Notes under the pieces: generated by a model | The model's input: only the letters and a program-made list of their open reading frames with translations | Told to the model about the DNA's origin: nothing | The model's database searches: none | From: Octopus vulgaris | Lineage: Eukaryota | DNA length: 64,000 bases | Assembly (NCBI GenBank): GCA_951406725.2 | Contig: OX597828.1 | Location: 19,282,001 to 19,346,000 of the forward strand | Direction of reading: 5' to 3' | Program-made: the position numbers and the translations under genes | Shown: piece after piece, positions 23,801 to 35,665 of the stretch | Layout: the number at the start of each line of letters is the position of its first letter | Numbering within the stretch: position 1 is the stretch's first letter

Positions 23801-26095
23801 ATGAATAGACTAATGGTATTTGGAATCATCTGTGAAAATAAAACAAAGGTTTCTCTTCTCTATGCCACACACACGATTTCCATTAATGGTTTTACGTCAC
23901 ACGTCAACATCGAGGTTGAATATATAAATGAAAGCCAACACAAAACAGAAGCTAAGTTTGTTTTCCCTGTGGAAGAAGACAGTGCCGTATATAAATTCGA
24001 AGCTAAAATTGGTGATGTCCATTTAGTTGCCAAATCTAAAGACAAAGATGTTGCCAAAAAGGAATACAAACAAGCTGTAGATAAAGGTCAGTCTGCCATT
24101 TTGTTGCGAGAGACAAGTACATCTGGCGATATTTTTGAGTATAGTTTAGGTAATATTCCAGCAAATGAAAAGATCCATTTACAAATATGCCTTGTTTCTG
24201 AACTTTCTTGTGAAGTTGATGGGGCAGTGAAATTTCATATGCCATTTGTGCTTAATCCCAGATATGGTCTTAAACCTGCAGATGAAAATTATCAAAATGC
24301 ACCTAAACCAAAAGAGTTTAGTTTCAATGCCTCTGTCAACTGGAATTCACAAATCAAAGACATCAAATCAGAACATCCAGTTAGGGTGGATTATCAGGAT
24401 AACAAGTGTCATGCTACTGTGAGAATGGCAAAGGAATTCAATTTTGAGAAAGACCTTCTTCTGCAAGTGTACTATGAAGATGTAGAAAAACCACAAGTAA
24501 TTTTAGAGAAAGGAGATGAGAATTCTAAAGGAATGTTTTCTAAAGATATTATGATGATAAATGTGTTTCCAGAACTTCCGCAAGTAAAACAATCTGCCGC
24601 TAATGACTATATTTTTGTTATTGATCGCTCAGGAAGCATGACTGGAGAGAAAATTGAAGCAGCAAAAGATACTTTGTTACTTTTCTTAAAAAGTTTACCT
24701 TTGGGTTGCTCATTTAATGCTATCAGCTTCAATAATGATTTTGAATTTCTGTTCAAAGAAGGAAGCCGAGAATATAGTGAAGATTCTCTGAATGAAGCAT
24801 TGAAATTCCAGAAAAATCTATATGCTTCGGGAGGGACAGAAATTCTTAGTGCACTGAAATCACTCTCTGTCAAAAAACCATTTCAAAATTTCCATCGACA
24901 AGTATTCTTAATAACTGATGGTGAAGTCTACAACACAAACGATGTCATTCAATTGGTCAAGTCACAAGTAAACAACACACGATACTTCACAATTGGTATT
25001 GGTTCTGGAGCTTCTACAGAATTGGTCAAAGGTATTGCCCGTGCAGGGAAGGGACAAGCAGAGTTTGTGATGACAAACGACAACCTTAAGGCAAAAGTTA
25101 TGCGTTTATTAAAATTGTCAATGCAACCATTTGTATCTTCGGTTTGTCTCTCTGCTAAACATGGTGAAAACAATAAAGAATTATCCTTTATTTCAGTTCC
25201 AGAAAGGCTGCCATGTATTTTCAGTGAAGAAAAATTAATCCTTTATCTAGTTTTACATGAAGCTGAGACTAGTTGCAAAAATGTGAAATTGAATCTTTGT
25301 GGTAAAATTGGTGAATCAGACTTTTCACTTGATTTTGAAGCAAGTCTGTTGGGACAGAATAATAAGGAAATGACAATACACCGTCTTTGTGTGAAAAGGA
25401 AAATACAGGAATTGGAATTAAATGAAGATTTGGGTAAAGGTGATGAAATAAAATCAGAGATTATCGATTTGGGTACAATGGCTAATTTAGTTTCAAAGTA
25501 CACAAGTTTTGTTGGTTTGGATGAACATGTTCGATTGGATTTTCAAATGGCCTCTATGGCAGCTCCAAAACGTAGAGCCAAGTGTGCTTCTGCTTCTTCG
25601 CCAATAGTAAGAATGTTCCATAAGTCCAAAAAAGTTTTACAACAATCAGAGCCAATGCCAGTACGTCTGAGACAAGATACAGCTGGAATGGATGCTTTCA
25701 TAGACAATTCCTTAAGTATAAATGCTGAGAATTCAAGACAGTCACCTCAGTCAGACTTAACCTCTTCAAAGGGAACAATTAAGGACATTTTAACATGTTT
25801 GGTTGATCTACAAGCTTTCTCTGGTTTCTGGAATCTAGATGATCAATTGGCTCAAGCTCTCAGTATTTCTCTTAAGGATCTGAACGATGAGAATCCATCT
25901 GTTAGTGATAAAGTATGGGCTACAGCTCTTGTTGTTGCTGTACTAAGAGAAAAATTAGCTTCCCAGCATTGTGAATGGGAATTAATGGAAAAGAAAGCAA
26001 TTGTTTGGCTGGAATCTCAGAATATACAACCACTGAATTCAGAGAAGTTACTAGAAAAAGCTACAAACTTCATAAAAAACAAAATGGTTGCCTAG
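23801..26095 (+). CDS. VWA5A: VWA5A-like VIT + vWA domain protein, paralog A (764 aa, single coding exon)
   Basis: VIT motif EAKFVFPVEEDSAVYKFEAKIG; vWA MIDAS FVIDRSGSM (DxSxS), GGTEI, LITDGE; LVSKYTSFV motif; VWA5A-type C-terminus LQAFSGFW...WATAL...EWELMEKKAI-WL. The symbol indicates family, not proven orthology. Confidence 0.9.
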   Translation: MNRLMVFGIICENKTKVSLLYATHTISINGFTSHVNIEVEYINESQHKTEAKFVFPVEEDSAVYKFEAKIGDVHLVAKSKDKDVAKKEYKQAVDKGQSAILLRETSTSGDIFEYSLGNIPANEKIHLQICLVSELSCEVDGAVKFHMPFVLNPRYGLKPADENYQNAPKPKEFSFNASVNWNSQIKDIKSEHPVRVDYQDNKCHATVRMAKEFNFEKDLLLQVYYEDVEKPQVILEKGDENSKGMFSKDIMMINVFPELPQVKQSAANDYIFVIDRSGSMTGEKIEAAKDTLLLFLKSLPLGCSFNAISFNNDFEFLFKEGSREYSEDSLNEALKFQKNLYASGGTEILSALKSLSVKKPFQNFHRQVFLITDGEVYNTNDVIQLVKSQVNNTRYFTIGIGSGASTELVKGIARAGKGQAEFVMTNDNLKAKVMRLLKLSMQPFVSSVCLSAKHGENNKELSFISVPERLPCIFSEEKLILYLVLHEAETSCKNVKLNLCGKIGESDFSLDFEASLLGQNNKEMTIHRLCVKRKIQELELNEDLGKGDEIKSEIIDLGTMANLVSKYTSFVGLDEHVRLDFQMASMAAPKRRAKCASASSPIVRMFHKSKKVLQQSEPMPVRLRQDTAGMDAFIDNSLSINAENSRQSPQSDLTSSKGTIKDILTCLVDLQAFSGFWNLDDQLAQALSISLKDLNDENPSVSDKVWATALVVAVLREKLASQHCEWELMEKKAIVWLESQNIQPLNSEKLLEKATNFIKNKMVA

Positions 26096-27094
26096 CAATT
26101 TCTGTTTATTTCATATTTTAAAACTTTTACTACTGTATAACTGAGAAAAATACCTTAACATTTTAACTTGTATATCAATACTTTACTAATTCCTCTAAAA
26201 TATCTGTAAACAAATATTTTATATATCTATACAGCTGTAAAATATAATGAAATATAGAGCTATAATCCTATATTTGTTGATTTTGTGTTATTCTTTTGTG
26301 TGAAATGTAAATATATTTCCAAGACTAAAAACAAGATTGAAAAAAAAACCATTTACGCACTTTTGGGGATTCAGTGACACAAACTTCCTGTTTTTATGAA
26401 ATTATAACCTTCCCTCAAAACATCGTTGTAGTTTATGTCCCAAACACCAGCTTAATAATGACAAAGTTATATCACTAAATTCTTCATTATTTTGAAAATT
26501 AATCAAAACAAATGCCATGCATTTCAACTGAAATATAGTAGAGAAACAGTTAAAGACATTCAAACTGAGTAGCAAGCATTTAACTCTACAAAACTAAGTA
26601 AAATAATCATTATGTAGCTATAGGTTCATTACTCACCAGGCTTCATATTGTCTTTTGTCATTAGAAATTCCTTAACGAAACGGGGTTTAATAAATAAATA
26701 TCTGAGACAAATAATTGTATAAAACTCTATCCTACGTTTATCACATCTGTATTTTATCTTGGTTCATCATTACTATCATTCTTATGATATTAGATACTAT
26801 TTGAAAAACCTTGACATTTATGTGTACATCTTATTCTGGATTTCTGTTAAGAGATTTGCTCTACTCACGTCTTCAAGTCAGTGCCCCAGTATGGTTGGAG
26901 TTTAATAACTGAAACGCGTAAAAGAATGAAAATTAAGATGAATCCATTTTAGTTTCATCATGGGATAATATAGAACAAACACTAAAGACCAAAAGTACAA
27001 CTTGTTGGGTAGTGTTGTAAGACACAGGAATATGTTGGAAGAGTTTTATCACAAAACTTATGGAATCCATATTCAGTGTTAGCAAAGTCAAATG

Positions 27095-27738
27095 TCTTCA
27101 CCGACATATTAAAGGTGATGGCAGCCGTTTTCCTAATGTTAGCCTCGTCCTTCTTGATGTAGTGAACAGTGGATCTGTTCACGCTAAAATGGCAGCCTAT
27201 GGCAGCGAAAGTTCTCCCTTCCTTCAACATATCCAGAAGTTTCACCTTCTCAGCAATCGACATCATTCTTCGTTTGCATTTAGGCTCAGTATGAGCCTTG
27301 GAAGAAGCAGCACGCTTGGGAGCCATTGCAGGGGATGAAAATGCAAAATTCAACACAAAGAAACAAAAAGAATTACACACTGCACAGCGTAAAATAGTAC
27401 AGTAAACCACTCGGCGAGAAAGCTTGAAACGAAATGGCCGCGAAAGGGAAGATGCTGCAGATCTGAGCGTCAGACAAAGCACCAATCACAGGCCAGATTA
27501 CAAAATAGGAAGCTGCAATTCGTCATCTCTCTCCATTGCACCAATCACAGCCTGTCTTAAGTTCAAATACCCCTGTATATGCTTTTTTGCTATTTTATGC
27601 TTGTTTTGTTGTTCCTAGACTAGTAAATAATATTTATTATTAATATTTTAATGGATTAAATGAAAAATTTTAGGTGTTCATATATATATATTTTTAAAAT
27701 CTGTGATAGTTGAACTGCGTAGTAGCAAGGGATCAATG
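27095..27738 (-). mobile_element. Tigger/pogo DNA transposon 5' fragment
   Basis: MAPKRAASSK...KRRMMSIAEKVKLLDMLKEGRTFAAIGCHFSVNRSTVHYIKKDE is a CENP-B/psq-type HTH (ATG at 27326). TIR-like end TA|CATTGATCCCTTGCTAC on the minus strand at 27738. Confidence 0.8.
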
Positions 27739-28050
27739 TATATAAATTTTATGTAATTGAATGGCCTGTGCCTCTCTTCACTTCACCAAACCTTTGACAG
27801 GTCTTTGACAGATTTTACATCCTTCAATGCATCCAGATAGCATCCTACCCACCAAGAACTCTTGGTGTTTTTGCCAGTTTAGTCGTTGACAGTTCAGATA
27901 TGGTACAGACTGTACTAGGTGACATGTTACAAGTGGCAATCATGACTAACATGCCATATTTATATATGAATTGTGTTCCGATTTTGATCTTTACATGTAA
28001 TTATCATCAGGATCCTCAATAATTTCCATTTTTGGGGTTTTTTTGCATTC

Positions 28051-28076
28051 ATTTTTGTTTATTTTTTTCTATACAG
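28051..28076 (+). promoter_or_regulatory. Putative 3' splice acceptor before gene B (copy at 33425-33450 before C)
   Basis: atttttgtttatttttttctatacAG ends 16 nt before the ATG. Confidence 0.65.
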
Positions 28077-28092
28077 GTATTTTAAATACAAT

Positions 28093-30369
28093 ATGGATTG
28101 TTTAATGGTATTTGGAATCATCTGTGAAAATAAAACAAAGGTTTCTCTTCTCTATGCCACACATACGATTTCCATTAATGGATTTACGTCACACGTCAAC
28201 ATCGAGGCTGAATATATAAATGAAAGCCAACACAAAACAGAAGCTAAGTTTGTTTTCCCTGTGGAAGAAGACAGTGCCGTATATAAATTCGAAGCTAAAA
28301 TTGGTGATGTCCATTTAGTTGCCAAATCTAAAGACAAAGATGTTGCCAAAAAGGAATACAAACAAGCTGTAGATAAAGGTCAGTCTGCCATTTTGTTGCG
28401 AGAGACAAGTACATCTGGCGATATTTTTGAGTATAGTTTAGGTAATATCCCAGCAAATGAAAAGATCCATTTACAAATATGCCTTGTTTCTGAACTTTCT
28501 TGTGAAGTTGATGGGGCAGTGAAATTTCATATGCCATTTGTGCTTAATCCCAGATATGGTCTTAAACCTGCAGATGAAAATTATCAAAATGCACCTAAAC
28601 CAAAAGAGTTTAGTTTCAATGCCTCTGTCAACTGGAATTCACAAATCAAAGACATCAAATCAGAACATCCAGTTAAGGTGGAATATCAGGATAACAAGTG
28701 TCATGCTACTGTGAGAATGGCAAAGGAATTCAATTTTGAGAAAGACCTTCTTCTGCAAGTGTACTATGAAGATGTAGAAAAACCACAAGTAATTTTAGAG
28801 AAAGGAGATGAGAATTCTAAAGGAATGTTTTCTAAAGATATTATGATGATAAATGTGTTTCCAGAACTTCCGCAAGTAAAACAATCTGCCGCTAATGATT
28901 ATATTTTTGTTATTGATCGCTCAGGAAGCATGACTGGAGAGAAAATTGAAGCAGCAAAAGATACTTTGTTACTTTTCTTAAAAAGTTTACCTTTGGGTTG
29001 CTCATTTAATGCTATCAGCTTCAATAATGATTTTGAATTTCTGTTCAAAGAAGGAAGCCGAGAATATAGTGAAGATTCTCTGAATGAAGCATTGAAATTC
29101 CAGAAAAATCTATATGCTTCGGGAGGGACAGAAATTCTTAGTGCACTGAAATCACTCTCTGTCAAAAAACCATTTCAAAATTTCCATCGACAAGTATTCT
29201 TAATAACTGATGGTGAAGTCTACAACACAAACGATGTCATTCAATTGGTCAAGTCACAGGTAAAAAACACACGATACTTCACAATTGGTATTGGTTCTGG
29301 AGCTTCTACAGAATTGGTCAAAGGTATTGCCCGCGCAGGGAAGGGACAAGCAGAGTTTGTGATGACAAATGACAACCTTAAGGCAAAAGTTATGCGTTTA
29401 TTAAAATTGTCAATGCAACCATTTGTATCTTCGGTTTGTCTCTCTGCTAAACATGGTGAAAACAATAAAGAATTATCCTTTATTTCAGTTCCGGAAAGGC
29501 TGCCATGTATTTTCAGTGAAGAAAAATTAATCCTTTATCTAGTTTTGCATGAAGCTGAGACTAGTTGCAAAAATGTGAAATTGAATCTTTGTGGTAAAAT
29601 TGGTGAATCAGACTTTTCACTTGATTTTGAAGCAAGTCTGTTGGGACAGAATAATAAGGAAATGACAATACACCGTCTTTGTGTGAAAAGGAAAATACAG
29701 GAATTGGAATTAAATGAAGATTTGGGTAAAGGTGATGAAATAAAATCAGAGATTATCGATTTGGGTACAGTGGCTAATTTAGTTTCAAAGTACACAAGTT
29801 TTGTTGGTTTGGATGAACATGTTCCAGAATTTATGCCAATGAGTTGCATGCCAATGATGTGTTTAGCATCACCACAAGCATACAATCAAAATTCTGTTGT
29901 TGATGAAATGGAGGATGACTATGATGATGATGATGTTGCTTTTTGTCGTGTTTCTGTTGGTGCTGATTCTGTGGATTCAAGTTGCATACCTCCCCCATTT
30001 ACAGTACGACGTGTGACTGATGAGGAATCCTTTATGTCTTCTGGGTCAACAAATAAAGATATTTTAACATGTTTGGTTGGTCTACAAGCTTTCTCTGGTT
30101 TCTGGAATCTAGACGATCAGTTGGCTCAAGCTCTCAATATTTCTCTTAAGGATCTGAACAAAGAGAATCCATCTATTAGTGATAAAGTATGGGCTACAGC
30201 TCTTGCTGTTGCTGTACTAAGAGAAAAATTAGCTTCCCAGCATTGTGAATGGGAATTAATGGAAAAGAAAGCAATTGAGTGGCTGGAATCTCAGAATATA
30301 CAACCAATGAATTCAGAGAAGTTACTAGAAAAAGCTACAAACTTCATAAAAAACAAAATGGTTGCCTAG
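28093..30369 (+). CDS. VWA5A: VWA5A-like protein, paralog B (758 aa; acidic variable segment)
   Basis: About 7 substitutions versus A in the first 577 aa; same MIDAS motifs; a different ~77-aa segment after VGLDEHV. Confidence 0.9.
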   Translation: MDCLMVFGIICENKTKVSLLYATHTISINGFTSHVNIEAEYINESQHKTEAKFVFPVEEDSAVYKFEAKIGDVHLVAKSKDKDVAKKEYKQAVDKGQSAILLRETSTSGDIFEYSLGNIPANEKIHLQICLVSELSCEVDGAVKFHMPFVLNPRYGLKPADENYQNAPKPKEFSFNASVNWNSQIKDIKSEHPVKVEYQDNKCHATVRMAKEFNFEKDLLLQVYYEDVEKPQVILEKGDENSKGMFSKDIMMINVFPELPQVKQSAANDYIFVIDRSGSMTGEKIEAAKDTLLLFLKSLPLGCSFNAISFNNDFEFLFKEGSREYSEDSLNEALKFQKNLYASGGTEILSALKSLSVKKPFQNFHRQVFLITDGEVYNTNDVIQLVKSQVKNTRYFTIGIGSGASTELVKGIARAGKGQAEFVMTNDNLKAKVMRLLKLSMQPFVSSVCLSAKHGENNKELSFISVPERLPCIFSEEKLILYLVLHEAETSCKNVKLNLCGKIGESDFSLDFEASLLGQNNKEMTIHRLCVKRKIQELELNEDLGKGDEIKSEIIDLGTVANLVSKYTSFVGLDEHVPEFMPMSCMPMMCLASPQAYNQNSVVDEMEDDYDDDDVAFCRVSVGADSVDSSCIPPPFTVRRVTDEESFMSSGSTNKDILTCLVGLQAFSGFWNLDDQLAQALNISLKDLNKENPSISDKVWATALAVAVLREKLASQHCEWELMEKKAIEWLESQNIQPMNSEKLLEKATNFIKNKMVA

Positions 30370-32482
30370 CGATTTCTGTTTATTTCATATATTAAAACTT
30401 TCACTACTGTATAACTGAGAAAAATACCTTAACATTTTAACTTATATATCAATACTTTACTAATTCCTCTAAAATATCTGTAAACAAATATATTTCATAT
30501 ATCTATACAGCTATAAAATATAATAAAATATAAAGCCATAATCCTATATTGTTGTATTTCGGAATGGTCATTTTGCCAGTTTAGCCAATAAAAACACACG
30601 CACTATATATTTGGTGTTACTTTGCTTCAGTGTTATTTATTTTTTACATTAATCTTAATCTTATTTCGGCCAGAGTTCTTTCGTCACACTCCTGTGACCA
30701 CATCAGTGGTCCTTTGCTTTCTTCTTTCTTATTTGTGTCTCACCTTACTAACTGTCAGCCATTTTGTGTTTCTATTGTATGTGTCTTCATTTGCGCATGT
30801 GTATATCTCTATGTGCGTCTATGTTTCAACACACAACTTCACATAAAAAAATCTTGCTCATCAAATATATAAACGTAACATAATCCTGTAATTGTTGATT
30901 TTGTGTTATTATTATTATTTATTTTTTTTGTGTGTATCAAGTGTGAATATATTTCCAAACTTTGCAGGTTCTGTGACAAACTTCTTACTTTTATGTCATC
31001 GAAATTGTAACCTTCCATCAAAATATTATTCTAATTTATGTCCCAAACACCAGTTTAATAATCATTTCTACTGACAGTACAAGGCCTCAAATTTGTGGGA
31101 AGGGATTAAGTCGATTACATCGACCCCAGTACGTAACTGGTACTTATTTGATCGACCCCGAAAGGATGATGAGCAAAGTCGACCTTGGTAGAATTTGAAC
31201 TTAGAATGTGATGACAGATGAAATACCGCAAAGCATTTTGCCCAGGGTGCTAAAGATTCTGCCAGCTTGCTGCCCTAAAACACCAGCTTAATAATGACAA
31301 AGTTATATCACTAAATTCTTCATTATTTTGAAAATTAATTGGAACAAAGGCAATGCAATTCAGCAGAGATATGGTAGAGAATTAGTTAGAGATATTTAAA
31401 CAGAGTTCTCAGCATTTAACACTACTAAATTGAGGAAAACAATCATTATTTAGCTGTAGGTTCACATTGTCTTTGGTCATTATATGTTTCTTTACTGGCC
31501 ACACAGGACTGAAATACAGAGGGGAAAAAATACAAAGTAGAGCTTTTCTTTTGGGGAAGAAGAAGAAAAGAAGAAAAAAAAGTTGGTCGAATTCCGATCA
31601 AAAGGGATCGTGAAAAAAAAAAATGGTGGTGGGAGTGTAATCAATAGGGATCGTGTATCACAGAAATGTCAATGTAAAAAGAGAAAACAGATTAAGTTTA
31701 TCCATGGAAAGAAAAGCCTACAGAAAAGACCACGGAAACCTTCGGCAATAGTGTCATGCAAAAATAAACACATTACAGTAAGTGGCTCTCTTTTCACCTT
31801 TTTTTTTTGGTTCGTAGGATTATGCTCAAGCTGGCTCTGTCATTCACACATGCCATCCTTGCTACATTCACCCATCTTTTTTTTAAACATTCACTAGACA
31901 AAACTTCCCTCTCTACTCTCACCTTCCTCTTCAAATAATACACATACACATTCTTTCACTATAGCCACAAGTACAATGAAAATGGTTCTTCCTTCCAGTT
32001 TCAAGGAAGGTGGCACGACAATATTCACGATAGACTCATCTTTTGTCATTAGAAATTCTTTAAAGAAACAGGGTTTAATAAATAAATATCTGAGACAAAT
32101 AATTGTATAAAACTCTATCCTACGTTTATCACATCTGTATTTTATCTTGGTTCATCATTACTATCATTCTTATGATATTAGAAACTATTTGAAAAGCCTT
32201 GACATTTATGTGTACATCTTATTCTGGATTTCTGTTAAGAGATTTGCTCTACTCACATCTTCAAGTCAGTGCCCCAGTATGGTTGGAGTTTAATAACTGA
32301 AACAAGTAAAAGAATGAAAATTAAGATGAATCCATTTTAGTTTCATGATGGGATAATATAGAACAAACACTAAAGACCAAAAGTACAACTTGTTGGGTAG
32401 TGTTGTAAGACACAGGAATATGTTGGAAGAGTTTTATCACAAAACTTATGGAATCCATATTCAGTGTTAGCAAAGTCAAATG

Positions 32483-33112
32483 TCTTCACCGACATATTAA
32501 AGGTGATGGCAGCCGTTTTCCTAATGTTAGCCTCGTCCTTCTTGATGTAGTGAACAGTGGATCTGTTCACGCTAAAATGGCAGCGAAAGTTCTCCCTTCC
32601 TTCAACATATCCAGAAGTTTCACCTTCTCAGCAATCGACATCATTCTTTGTTTGCATTTAGGCTCAGTATCAGCCTTGGAAGAAGCAGCACGCTTGGGAG
32701 CCATTGCAGGGGATGAAAATGCAAAATTCAACACAAACAAAAAGAATTACACACTGCACAGCGTAAAATAGTACAGTAAACCACTCAGTGAGAAAGCTTG
32801 AAACGAAATGGCCATGAAAGGGAAGATGCTGCAGATCTGAGCGTCAGTCAAAGCACCAATCACAGGCCAGATTACAAAATAGGAAGCTGCAATTCGTCAT
32901 CTCTCTCCATTGCACCAATCACAGCCTGTCTTAAGTTCAAATACCCCTGTATATGCTTTTTTGCTATTTTATGCTTGTTTTGTTGTTCCTAGACTAGTAA
33001 ATAATATTTATTATTAATATTTTAATGGATTAAATGAAAAATTTTAGGTGTTCATATATATATATTTTTAAAATCTGTGATAGTTGAACTGCGTAGTAGC
33101 AAGGGATCAATG
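32483..33112 (-). mobile_element. Tigger/pogo fragment, duplicated copy with a 10-bp deletion
   Basis: Near-identical to 27095-27738; atggcagcctatggcagc is collapsed to a single atggcagc. Confidence 0.8.
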
Positions 33113-33466
33113 TATATAAATTTTATGTAATTGAATGGCCTGTGCCTCTCTTCACTTCACCAAACCTTTGCCAGGTCTTTGACAGATTTTACATCCTTCA
33201 ATGCATCCAGATAGCATCCTACCCACCAAGAACTCTTGGTGTTTTTGCCAGTTTAGTCGTTGACAGTTCAGATATGGTACAGACTGTACTAGGTGACATG
33301 TTACAAGTGGCAATCATGACTAACATGCCATATTTATATATGAATTGTGTTCCGATTTTGATCTTTACATGTAATTATCATCAGGATCCTCAATATTTCC
33401 ATTTTTGGGGTTTTTTTGCATTCATTTTTGTTTATTTTTTTTCTATACAGGTATTTTAAATACAAT

Positions 33467-35544
33467 ATGGATTGTTTAATGGTATTTGGAATCATCTATG
33501 AAAATAAAACAAAGGTTTCTCTTCTCTATGCCACACATACAATTTCCATTAATGGATTTACATCACACGTCAACATCGAGGCTGAATATATAAATGAAAG
33601 CCAACACAAAACAGAAGCTAAGTTTGTTTTCCCTGTGGAAGAAGACAGTGCCGTATATAAATTCGAAGCTAAAATTGGTGATGTCCATTTAGTTGCCAAA
33701 TCTAAAGACAAAGATGTTGCCAAAAAGGAATACAAACAAGCTGTAGATAAAGGTCAGTCTGCCATTTTGTTGCGAGAGACAAGTACATCTGGCGATATTT
33801 TTCAGTGTAGTTTAGGTAATATTCCAGCAAATGAAAAGATCCATTTACAAATATGCCTTGTTTCTGAACTTTCTTGTGAAGTTGATGGGGCAGTGAAATT
33901 TCATATGCCATTTGTGCTTAATCCCAGATATGGTCTTAAACCTGCAGATGAAAATTATCAAAATGCACCTAAACCAAAAGAGTTTAGTTTCAATGCCTCT
34001 GTCAACTGGAATTCACAAATCAAAGACATCAAATCAGAACATCCAGTTAAGGTGGATTATCAGGATAACAAGTGTCATGCTACTGTGAGAATGGCAAAGG
34101 AATTCAGTTTTGAGAAAGACCTTCTTCTGCAAGTGTACTATGAAGATGTAGAAAAACCACAAGTAATTTTAGAGAAAGGAGATGAGAATTCTAAAGGAAT
34201 GTTTTCTAAAGATATTATGATGATAAATGTGTTTCCAGAACTTCCGCAAGTAAAACAATCTGCCGCTAATGATTATATTTTTGTTATTGATCGCTCAGGA
34301 AGCATGAGTGGAGAGAAAATTGAAGCAGCAAAAGATACTTTGTTACTTTTCTTAAAAGGTTTACCTTCGGGTTGCTCATTTAATGTTATCAGCTTCAATA
34401 ATGATTTTGAATTTCTGTTCAAAGAAGGAAGCCGAGAATATAGTGAAGATTCTCTGAATGAAGCATTGAAATTCCAGAAAAATCTATATGCTTCGGGAGG
34501 GACAGAAATTCTTAGTGCACTGAAATCACTCTCTGACAAAAAAACCATTTCAAAATTTCCATCGACAAGTATTCTTAATAACTGATGGTGAAGTCTACAA
34601 CACAAACGATGTCATTCAATTGGTCAAGTCACAAGTAAACAACACACGATACTTCACAATTGGTATTGGTTCTGGAGCTTCTACAGAATTGGTCAAAGGT
34701 ATTGCATGAAACTGAGACTAGTTGCAAAAATGTGAAATTGAATCTTTGTGGTAAAATTGATGATTCAGACTTTTCACTTGATTTTGAAGCAAGATTGTTG
34801 GGACAGAATAATAAGGAAATGACAATACACCGTCTTTGTGTGAAAAGGAAAATACAGGAATTGGAATTAAATAAAGATTTGGGTAAAGGTGATGAAATAA
34901 AATCAGAGATTATCGATTTGGGTACAATGGCTAATTTAGTTTCAAAGTACACAAGTTTTGTTGGTTTGGATGAACATGTTCCAGTTGCTATTCAAATGGC
35001 TTCTATAGCAATTCCAAAATATACAGCCAAGTGTGCTTGTGCTTCTTCGCCAATAGTAAGAATGTTCCGTAAGTTAAAAAAAGTTTTACAACAATCAGAC
35101 CCAATGCCAGTACGTCCGAGAGAAGATATAGCTAGAATGTATACTTCCATAAATAATTCCTTAAGTATAAATGCTGAGAATTCAAGACAGTCGCCTCACT
35201 CAGACTTAACCTCTTCAAAGTGAACAATTAAGGACATTTTAACAGGTTTGTTTGATCTACAAGCTTTCTCTGGTTTCTGGAATCTAGATGATCAATTGGC
35301 TCAAGCTCTCAATATTTCTCTTAAGGATCTGAACGATGAGAATCCATCTGTTAGTGATAAAGTATGGGCTACAGGTCTTGTTGTTGCTGTACTAAGAGAA
35401 AAATTAGCTTCCCAGCATTGTGAATGGGAATTAATGGAAAAGAAAGCAATTGATTGGCTGGAATCTCAGAATATACAACCACTATATTCAGAGAAGTTAC
35501 TAGAAAAAGCTACAAACTTCATAAAAAACAAAATGGTTGCCTAG
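33467..35544 (+). pseudogene. VWA5A-like pseudogene C
   Basis: ATG at 33467 as in B. Defects: +1 frameshift in an A-run (7 A at 34538-34544 versus 6), a 218-bp deletion at a TTGC microhomology (junction 34702-34705), and GGA>TGA nonsense at 35221-35223. Explains ORF pieces 33416, 34660 and 35248. Confidence 0.88.
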
Positions 35545-35659
35545 CGATTTCTGTTTATTTCATATTTTAAAACTTTCACTACTGTATAACTGAGAAAAAT
35601 ACCTTAACATTTTAACTTGTATATCATTACTTTTACTCAGCTAAATCCTGTAACAGATC

Positions 35660-35665
35660 AATAAA
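35660..35665 (+). terminator. Candidate polyadenylation signal AATAAA downstream of C (copy at 82-87)
   Basis: AATAAA ~115 nt after the stop. The AT-rich context makes this weak. Confidence 0.3.

Larger units (their letters stand above)
1..35578. repeat. Segmental tandem duplication, unit 1 (~35.6 kb)
   Basis: Position 1 (ctactgtataactgagaaaaatacc) recurs at 35579. ORF 346..546 matches 35924..36124 (offset 35578). Colinear, high-identity matches continue throughout apart from indels. Confidence 0.95.

Noticed and set aside
23860-25503. Antisense ORFs overlapping the VWA genes, repeated in each paralog
   Set aside because: Shadow ORFs of the real CDS; they recur only because of the duplication.
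33416-33466. N-terminal extension MHSFLFIFFLYRYFKYN resembling a signal peptide on C
   Set aside because: It starts at a non-ATG codon and translates the intronic pyrimidine tract. None of the paralogs shows a signal peptide in this exon, which is also a caveat for an extracellular bait role.
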